Shown here in pieces: positions 1-10,400 of a DNA stretch of 64,000 nt. The stretch covers positions 314,742 to 378,741 of the forward strand of contig NMRA01000175.1 of the NCBI GenBank assembly GCA_002633005.1, written 5' to 3'. This stretch comes from Phoronis australis (taxonomy: Eukaryota > Animalia > Phoronida). A program made the translations under genes and the position numbers. Under the pieces are notes generated by a model that worked only from the letters and a program-made list of their open reading frames with translations, did not search any database and was not told where the DNA came from. Numbering within the stretch: position 1 is the stretch's first letter; each line of letters starts with the position of its first letter.

Positions 1-440
1 TTTGCTGAGCCAACCAAAACATGTCTGCCCAGTGACTGGTTGAAGCTTACATGAAACATTTAAAAGTCCATGGCAGATGGAAAGTCTTATGTTAATGATG
101 CGCGTTAATGATGCCCAGTGACTTTTTTTCAACAAACACTGTAATTAAAACAGTATTACTTTGTTGTTGTTGTGGCAGGGTTGACTGTTACCTTACACTG
201 TGTCTGCTGAGTAACTACCTTGCAATGGTCAGGGGAGAATCTGAGTTACCAGTTTTAACTTACGGTTTCATTGTTTCATCAGAATGTCCCTTCGTTTTAT
301 TTGTTTTAATTGGAAAGATATGGTATACTTTCACAGAGTACTTTTCTTTTCTAAGTTGTCTGGAACTGTTGTTTGTTAAACATGTTCTGGGCTGATCTTC
401 GTGGCTAGTTACAAAATTCAGAAATATATCTGGTCCACCT

Positions 441-709
441 GGGCCTGTTGCATGAAAAATGATTTATAGCTTAAGTCAGAAATTTAGGCCTTACGCTCCA
501 CGCAACTGTTCCTGAAAAATAATGAAATCTCATGTGAATAAAATTGCAAAGTCTTTGAAAATCTACACATAACTGATAATTACTGATGTAATTTCTATAA
601 ATTATTTCTGAACTGTGATGATTTCATGATTACTTGGCTAAACCTTTATTCAACAATTTGTCTTAATTTCTGTCTTAATTCCAAAATCACCTTTCATGAA
701 ACGGAAGCC
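441..709. mobile_element. Degenerate MITE (PIF/Harbinger-like termini)
   Basis: Imperfect TIRs gggcctgttgcatgaaa ... tttcatgaaacggaagcc enclosing ~270 bp of AT-rich non-coding DNA. Confidence 0.5.
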
Positions 710-1265
710 TAGATTCCTGGATTTTTGTTTTTTATATATTTTATAATAAGGTGCTGAGCACTACTTTTCATGAGGACTCTTGATACTTTCATGTTACCTT
801 CTCCACTTTCATGTTCTCAAGTTCAGTTAGAGCACACGGAAGTGAGTTAAGTGCCATCTTGTTAAAATCAACATGAGATAATTTGATTTGGTTTTCCCTG
901 TAGTAGTAACGGTAATCACTGGGACTGCCATTTTCGGTTTACTAGTTGGACAGTTTGGTTTTCAATAGTTTCAATTTCAATCTAGTTTTAACCAGTTTTT
1001 GTTATAACGCCATTTAAAACAACCTCTAGCCTATTGTCGTTCGATACAGGGTTTTGGTGAGTCATTTCTGCGGCCGCCTTCTGGGGTTACAGAATTTTGA
1101 TAAAAACATCCACGGTTATCCGCTTCACTCATTATGGCCATTTTTGATTTTTCCCCTCGTAGGATTTGAATTAGAACCATTCACCTTGTGTTTTTCAGTC
1201 CAACACTCTCACCACTTGACTACCGAGGAATTTTGCAAGGCATTTAGGCTAGCTTTGTGTTTCAG

Positions 1266-1439
1266 GCTAGCTCCATCTTCAGGACTAGGTCGTTCCAAGA
1301 GAACCCTACTGTAGGAGGCCTTCGCAAGGCAGCCATATTAAGGAGTGGTTCATTCCATGAGACCCCATTCACACGTAATGTAGTGAACAGACCCCTGTCG
1401 CCAGGCATACCAAGGCGAAGGATCTCTCCTTCAAATTCA
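1266..1439 (+). CDS. MAP3K1: MAP3K1 first visible exon (Ser/Arg/Pro-rich N-terminal region)
   Basis: Acceptor tgtttcag|GCT, donor TCA|gtaagt, 58 open codons in phase 0 with the next exon. The peptide is poorly conserved, so this exon is less certain. Confidence 0.65.
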
Positions 1440-4400
1440 GTAAGTTCATCTAATGCATTGGTATTTGATAAGATTGCGACTGCAACAAGACTTGTGCTTG
1501 GATAATAGTAACCCTTGTCAATTGGAAATAGCAAGAAACTTACCTTTTTCTTCTGAAGTCGGATATTGTTATAGCTCCGTACCACGTCATCTTTGAAAAC
1601 CATTAGTTTGCTTCGTGTTGTGTGATGGAACCCTTCGTTGTGATTTGTAAAGCGACGGTTTACCATTCCTAATCACACGTAATAAACTAGAGACGGAATG
1701 GAGATTATTGGCTGCTTTAACTGGGAGATTCAACATCACTAAGTTCCTGTATTTCAGTTTGAAACTTGCACTTTGACCTAACTAGCATGGCATAGAAGTA
1801 CAACTGAAACACGCCTTCTGTTTTGTTCTGTAATATTTCTGTCTGAAACTAGTTATGCGTGGTCTACAAAGGATTGTATGACAGCACTATGTTGTGCTAG
1901 TGTTGCATATTCCTGGAATCTCCAAAAAGTCGAGTTTGAGTTCGTATCTAAAGTAGGTGCTTCACATCTTCAATGGGCATAATTATACTAGCCATAGGTA
2001 CGCAGAGTATGAATTAGAACAATTGTAGAAACTCATTCCCGACGTCCGTTATTTGAAGTAGTAGTCATAGTTGTATTTCCTTCGTCCCCTGTGGAGCATC
2101 AGACTAGTCTGACAGTTTTGCCTAATTAGCATGACACCATGGTGTTAATTACCTTTGACCTCTCACTTCCTACAGTTTACAAAAGGTAACCTGGCTAGCG
2201 GCCGAAGAACTCCTTCACCCAACATGGCCGCTGACACTGGTGACACAGCCAAGAAGCGTGTTGACAAGGTGTTGCGCGCACGACTTTACCTTCTCCAACA
2301 GATGGGGCCCAATTCATTCCTCATTGGAGGCGACAATCCAGACAACAAGTACAAAGTCATCATCGGGCCTCAGGTAGGTGGACAGATGTCGGGCGTATTC
2401 ATGGGTTTCAAATCTGATCGAGAAATCATACTCTTTAGCTTCACATTGGGCTGTTAAATGTAGACAATATAGTGGAGTGTGGTGCATTAGTACAAAATTT
2501 TCTTTCAGAGGAAGAAAAGCTTGTTTTCCGTGTTCCAAGAATTTGAGAACATGAGGAGTACTGTGAACTTTGCATCCATCAGTCGTTGTCACAGCAACAT
2601 AATGTTTAGTGCATGTTTAACTCTGGACTCTACTGGGAGGTTGCGTGCTTACTCACTGGACCCTGAGGAGGTCTTATGCCACATTAGTTCACCTTGCTCT
2701 GTGCTGGTCACACCGTGTCACTTTCTGTTTCAGACTTGCAGCTGTTGTCGACCCCACTGTGTTCATCTCTTGTTCATCATGTTGCGTGTGTTCCAAGTGC
2801 GTGAAAACGACGCCCTCTTGTGGAGTAAGCCCCTGAAGAACTATGAGGCGAGTTGAACATTAGTGCCGTTACTTTGTTCCAGTGATTGTCAGGCACACGT
2901 GACGTATGCTAAAACTGTTGGATCCGTCATCTCATTTAGTTTTCAGTTCTGTCACCTTCAATGAACAAGTAACAAAACATCAAATGCAAATCAATTGTAA
3001 TTCCTGGAAAGTAAGCATTGTTAATTGTTGTGAAAGTCATCAATGTTCTTATCTTGTCAACATTTTCTGTGTGTTGTCATTGAGGTATGAGTCTTATGAA
3101 TTTGCAAATTTGATGTAAGGCTGCTGTATATTATTGCTCGGTCCAATTCATTGAGATTCAGAAACGTTATATTTCTACATTTGTGATTCTACTCAGATCT
3201 CATCTTGTTAGTTTTGTTGTCTGGCGTTCTGTAAGACTGTTGTAAAGAATTTGCCATTTGCTTATTTGTGTTTTCTGTCCTCAGGTAGAGAACTTATTTC
3301 GTCTATACCACGCCCGACGTACGTCGCGGATAAAATCTCTGAAAAAGGCCGCCACTTCTGTTGCCAAACCGTCTAGCCCTCCCCCAAGTCCTTCGTCTCC
3401 CGACAGTGTAGCCAGTAACAACAGTGATGTTGGGTAGGTGGCGCTAGTGTCATAATGAAATATTAGAATTACTCGGGATTACTTTTAGTTTGGAACGTCT
3501 TAAGCTTAAATAGTGCAATTTATATTGTGCATTTGTGGGAGTGTGATTTTAAATTCAGTCGCACTTGTTTGTGCTTTATTCCTTGCCAGAAAACCAATAT
3601 TTTGTCCTAGTTATAAAAGCATTCCTAGGGATGTCAGCATAATCAAATTAACCGGTAAAAGTGATGCTGATAGCAGTCGTATTTTTTATCCTACCAGTCG
3701 CACTGAAGAAGAAACTTGTCCTATTTGTCTGATGGAGTTACTGGATGGGGAGGCGACTGTGGCTTGTGAGGGCGGCTGTCAAAACAAACTGCACCTTCAC
3801 TGCATAGCTGTGTGTAAGTTGAACTGTTCAGCTCATCTACTGACCCCCACACCTGGGTCATGTGTCCAGATCACTATAGTCATAACCATGGCAATAGTTC
3901 TATTCTATTTTCACATCACATTCAGCTAATTTCTGTGTTTCACATTTGGTGTGATGTAAGATGCGTGTTTCAGATTACACTAAATAATTGACATGCCAGT
4001 ATTATTTACCAACCTGTGAGAGCATGTTGTTTATTCCTGATACATCCTATAACGTGGCATAATGTAACTTGAACATTTTGTTCTAATACTCTTACAAAAT
4101 CTCTTTTTGAAGGCAGGGAAGAAAGCAGGCTTGCGTTACATTCACTAGCTTCCTGATAATCAACATGTATCAAGTAATGTTTTTTTTGTGTCAAGCCTGT
4201 CAGGTGGTGTAGTGGCCAGGTATATCTCTCATTCGGTTTGTTGCGATTGACTTGTGTGGTTTTGGATTTGAGGTTTGTCTTGACGAAGTGGTTCCTTACC
4301 AGGGTTCAGGGGTCTAACATCTGTACTGGAAAAGTGACCAATTACATGGCAGGCTTCGATTGAATTTAATAATTAGTTCTTGAATTGTGCGGTGTTGTCA

Positions 4401-7400
4401 TTTTAGGGTCTGAGCCGAGTCTGAGTTCGCAATTTGGCACTGGGCCCAGATGTTGTTCGCAAACATACTGTATTCATACCTTGGCAAGCACTCCCAAATT
4501 TTCAGAAAATTACCTTTGAAACATGCTCAGCTTAATACCTACTCGTTCAATTTGATGTTTCAACTTTGGTATGGAATGGTATGGTATGGTATGGTATGGT
4601 ATGGTATGATATGATTGACCCTAGTACTTTGGTTCAGTCACTTTGATTGAGTCGTTATCGATAATCATGTTTGGTTGTCTTGCAGGGTTCCAGCTGTGCC
4701 GCAAGCAGCACGACACGCTAATATGTCCGCTGTGTCGCATGGCGTGGAAGGGCAACATGGCAGAAATCAATGCTGAGTAAGTCGCGTGTATTCTGCAAAT
4801 TGTAGCAAAGGGAATGATAGTTATTGTTTAAGTCCAGTTATTGATTTAAGTCTAGTTGAACAAAATCGTGGTGCCTACTCAGCTTGTAAAATTTGGAAAA
4901 TGACATAAGTAATTTCTATGCACTAAAAAGGGTTATGGGATTACTAGGTTATAACAAAACGACTCAGTTTACAATCTCTCTGCATTCTGATCTCGTATGT
5001 TTGGCAACAACCAATAGCACAATAGCACTGTAGGTCATTTGTTTTGTGGGAAAATGTCAGAAAATGAGAATTTCATCCTGGAATATGAAACGTTTAGGAC
5101 AGACGTTGAAATACATTTGATAAAAGCATTTTACACTTTTGTTCTCACTATCTATATAAACTACCTAGGCTTCTCAACATCATGAAGCAGCATAGACAAC
5201 CTGAGAATAAACAAACAAATTCCAAGACTGTCTTACCTCTTGACTTGTTGCAGGCCCGTAGACAGTCCCATGTCGACGCCTGAGCCTGACATGCACCCAG
5301 ACTCTCGGGCCTCATCACCCCAGCCTGTGTCTACAGGTACAGAGAACCTGCTGCCACGCCCCGAGCCAATACCTGCTGAGTTTCAAGATATTTCCCGGCC
5401 CTGGCTTGAGGTATGGTTTTGCTGTCACAGTGGTGTAGCAGTTTTAAGATACTATTGCTGGGTTGTAAATAGTCATATGCTTGTTCAAGGTTACTATATT
5501 TGTGAACATTCAGTTCAGGTTCAGCTGAGGTTGTCTGGTGAAAATTACGAAATAATCAATTAGCAACTTTGAGTAAGGCATCTATTCCAGTCACACACAT
5601 CGGGTTTTTATAATGTTTAATGTTGTAATATTCTGGTTTATGCACCCAAAAAATCCATCGGGGCATTTTGTGTTATGCAAAATTTCTCACTCATTTAGGT
5701 TCTGCCAAACCTCTAGAATTTTATTAAAACACGTGGGTGATATCAGCTTGGGGTGCTTTTCTTCTCTTTATTCTTCCCAGTCTCTACTGTTGTTCTTCCC
5801 TCCTTTTTAGCTACTCAGTGAGGACCTCGTCTCCTGTCTGGTGTCACGTAACTGGTCGGTGCGGGAGACAGGTCTACGGCACCTGGCACGCGAGGTGATC
5901 GCCTCTCTCCTCCCAACAGTGGGTGAGGGGCGTCAGGGAGTGAACGTGTCTGTTGACAGACAGGAGATGGCCAAAAGGACGCTAGCCTGTTGCTGTAGTG
6001 TGCTGGCGTTCACGTGCTCAGACCCTGTCTACAAGGTGTTTGTGGCTAGCTTGGTAAGTGCTACTTATTCTAGGAAAGTAGTGGCTTTGTGGCTCAGTGG
6101 AGAATGTGGTCAATTCAGCCTTAAGTTGATAAGTTCAATCCACCAGTCATGTGGTTGACTGCATGTTCTTGAGCAATACGCTATTGGTTTTGTTCCAATC
6201 AAATAGAGGAAATTATGAAAATTGCTCTCATGATGACCATTCATGTGAAAACACTCCCCTCCATGTGTCTAAGATCATTTCACTTTTGTTTTCTAGAGGG
6301 CGCTACGCTCAGTGTTATCGTATACCCCGTGCCGGGATTCCAACAAACAATCAGTATTACAATCATTGCTCAAGCCCGTCATCGACGCAGTGCTGCTCAA
6401 GTGTGCTGACGGTAACCGCCGCACCAGTCAATTGTCGACATCCACCATATTAGAATTAGCCAAGGGCCAGGAGGGGGAGCTAGCAGTCGGCAGGGAAATC
6501 ACGAATCCAGGTATATATATATGCACAGCTACAGTACTTAACAAAACAAATATTTGATGTTGTAAAACTTTATGCAAAACTTGTGAGAACTGCCAAGATC
6601 AGAGCAAGATATTTGTTGAAATACTCTATGCTAGGAATCTGCTCGACAAGGACAATGGAAAAAAACAAATTGAACAGATATTTGGCGTTTACATAAATTC
6701 TTTCTGGTATTCGGAATAATTTTTCTTTGAATTTTTAACCTGTTGCATCTGCGCAATTTTTAGTGGCGTGCACATGAAGCAAATTAGCGATGATGAAAAT
6801 GTGTCATTGGTTGCAGTGGCATGTGTGTCAAACTGTCTGGTGTAAACATTTCAAGTGACTTATAAAACTAACTATTTTCTTAACGTTACTATATCTGCAT
6901 ATAAGTATTGCATGCAACATGGGCATTGTTGCAGGTGCTGATGGTCTGGGCGGAGTCACCTATGTGTTGTCATGCGTTACGGAGGACTACGAGGTGAAGG
7001 ACGTGCAGTGGCAATGGCTGCTGGGAAGGATTCACACCATCGACAAACTGGTCGAGGAGTTCCAACACGAGTTCCTAGTTGACGTGGACTCTCAGGGTGG
7101 CGATATCGACATTGAGAAATACGACGATATGACCTCATACCAGAAAGTGATGTCTGTGCTCAAGTTCTCACTGAAAGCACTGGATCATTCGCACACGCGG
7201 ATCGGTAAAACGGCTCGTCGCGTGTTCATTCGCACGGCACGCTTTGTGGTTCACATTCCCAAGTTGTTCAGAAAGGTGGAAGATATGTTGAATTGCTTGG
7301 ACGCTACCCTGCAGAGTCGTATGAAGCACCGTCTGTTGCTGATATTGAGTGAGTACCAGGGGCAAGGTGAGGAGCCTTCAGCTACCTCCAGTCCTATACC

Positions 7401-10400
7401 GGTACCCACTCCTGTGGGAGCACTGCCCTACTCCCCTCGTGGGGTGGAGTCAATACGTAACTCAGAGTCTCCCAGAAACACGATAATTATCAATAATTAT
7501 GTCACGGACAAAGTTGTCGTCGTTCGACCGGACGGTAAACATGGATTCACGCCCGTCTCATTGGCTTCGTCAGTGACACGGGACATGCAGAGAAGTGAAT
7601 CACCCCGTGATGATGGGACAGTGTCACCGCGATCTAAAGCCCGTCGACCAAATACTCTTGTTCCTCCGCAGAAACGTCTTCACTGGAAGTCTGCATTTGC
7701 CATGGCTACCAACCAGTCAGAACACTTGTTGGTGCCGCAGCCTCCTCCTGACCCCGTCGTCGAGGGCGACGATGAGGAGGAGCTGGTTGACAGTGCCAAA
7801 GAGCCTGTGTGCCGAGAGAGTTCTGGCGGGAGCAGCATGGGAAGTTTGGAGGAAGAAACTGTTGAGAAATCAGCGACGGAAAGTACGGAGAAAGAGACTC
7901 TGAAAGAAACTGTAGAGAGTGAAGACCCCCCTGTGGAGGAAGTGTGTGGCCCAGCAGTGCGGACCAGCATTCACTTCAGCGATGATTTCCTGGTGACATC
8001 ACACATTGGTGCTAACGGTGAAGTGACCACGTATACATCACAGAGTACAAACACAACGCCCACGCACACAACAGTGTATTCAGACAATGTCAGGGCACCC
8101 AGAGTTCTACCTCCAAAACCAATGAGCTACGCGGACAAATCCAAAGCCCCGTTGCCCCCTGACCCAAAGGAGTACACTCCCCTGCCCCCTCTGCCAGTTG
8201 TCCAAGTGTCTGACGCCAATGGTGACATGATTGACAGTCCAGACGAGCCATTCCCTCACCAGCTGAGCAGAGAGACTTCTATTGATGAGGTGGATGAAGG
8301 GTTTAAAATTGAAAATGAGCCCAGTTTCTACTTCTTGCGTAACCCGCCGGGGCTACTAAAGAGGAAGGCCATTTATTGTTCATGTGGGGGCAATGACGGC
8401 TGTTTGAACTGTGAGCAAATGTGGAGGTCAATGCTGGCAGATAGCAGTGTAGAGTATGAGTCGGAAACCTGTGATACACAGACAGAGGCCATGTCTGACG
8501 ATGATAATGACATTCGAGAAGAATTGACCTTCACTGATGATGACCTCAGTGACCAGGTGTCTGCTGGCCAGTCAGAGAGTAGTACTCCCGCTGTTGAGCC
8601 ACACTGTCGATCTTCATCATCACGGGAGTATTTAGAGACAAACCTGGATGATATCTCTGTTGACGAGCGCAGTATGAGTGTCGCACGGGTCAGCACATCG
8701 ACACCATCTGCAGTGAGAGTTGTAGGGCAGGCTTCTGGGGGGTGCAAGACTCAGGACAGTGGGATGGTGACGGAGGACTTCTCTGATTTGACACTGTCAC
8801 CGTCGACACCCGACGACGCTGTGTCATTCAAGAGTGAGGTGGCTGTGCTGTCGCCTCGTAATGGAGAGCCAGAGGAAGGTGAGTGAGGGCTAAAGGGCAA
8901 AGTTTAAAGGACAACTAACTGAACTGTTGATGTATGGAAAACCACTCATTGACTAAAGCTTCATTTTTTTGATAAAGAATTATTGTGCTTCGCAGTTATA
9001 ATTTTGCCTCACCATTGTGATGTACGTGGTGTTGATGGTCTACTGTGATTTCCAGACAACTGTCATTGTAAAGAAGAGGTTGAACTAGAAGAGGCCGTGG
9101 CACTGGCCAAGGCGATGGAGATCTCAGAGAAACAGGATGCACTGCCAATAGTGCCTGGGCTAAGAGGATGTCACGCAGGGGGAGACGGGGAGGAGGAGAA
9201 GACATTGGTGATACAGGTGCAGAAAGAGGTGAGTGGACTAGGGGCATACGTAGAAGTAGTTGGTTTACATCTATTTTATTTTAATTGTGTGTTTGTCTAC
9301 ATTGATAAATAATGTAGAAAATAAATCTGAAACTAAATAAGGCGATCCAGATCCTCCCAAGGATACTATTGTTTCACGAAATGTAGGACAAAGGATGTTA
9401 TTACATCCGAAAATTTCAGATTTCAGTTGATCCATTCTTGTTGTTTTATTTACCGATTTATATTCTACATTAATACAGATGTCATGCATGGTTTTTCGCT
9501 CTGTAATGGATTCATGCTGTAATGCTCAGCTGTGTTGAGGCTCATTTTATTTGTCTGTCAAATGACATGCTTGCTTTAATTGCTAACAAAGTGTCAATCT
9601 TCCAGGATGGTAGTACTGATGGCCATGCCCCTAAGGAGTACAAGGAGAACAAGCAGTGGGTGAGGGGCGAGATGATAGGGACGGGGGCGTTCAGCACTTG
9701 TTACCAGGCAAGAGATGTACAGACAGGAGTGCTCATGGCTGTCAAACAGGTACAACAAGACAAGTTTCCGTGGAAACATAAACATTTAGTGCATGTACGG
9801 ATTTAGAGGGTGAGGGGGTCGTTCCCTCCTGATATGACCACGAAAAAAAAATATTGCATAGACTACTGATTGTAGGGCTAACATGAACATTTTGTTCTTT
9901 GGACATTGTTGCCCTGTACTGTCATCCTGGATGCGGCAGTGTATTGTATTCACAATCTTGCCTGATCCATGTGAAATACACGTGATATGAGTTTGAAAGG
10001 TAAAATTTTGCATTATGGAGGCACAGAATTACAGACATGCATGCATCTGCCAAACTTGGCTGGTCAAATTATCATGGTATAATTAGAAATTTTAATTGAA
10101 TGTGTGGTTAACATTTTGATCGCATCTGTCGCCTAGAACCAGGCCGCTACTGACACATGCGTAGTATGGAACTGACTGGTTCCTTTCCATTTAGACACAT
10201 GCGTAGTATGGCACTGACTGGTTCCTTTCCATTTAGACACATGCGTAGTATGGCACTGACTGGTTCCTTTCCATTTAGACACATGCTTAGTATGGCACTG
10301 ACTGGTTCCTTTCCATTTAGACACATGCGTAGTATGGCACTGACTGGTTCCTTTCCATTTAGACACATGCGTTATGACTGCTTGTCTCATGTTTGGAAAA

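Noticed and set aside
1262-1666. 134-aa minus-strand ORF
   Set aside because: It is antisense to a phase-compatible MAP3K1 exon and has no recognisable domain.
7168-9247. Alternative-frame and antisense ORFs over the large MAP3K1 exons
   Set aside because: These are shadow ORFs of GC-richer coding sequence.
10152-10372. CRISPR-like repeat array or repeat-protein ORFs
   Set aside because: Units are contiguous with no unique spacers, there are no cas genes, and the array lies in a eukaryotic intron; it is a minisatellite.
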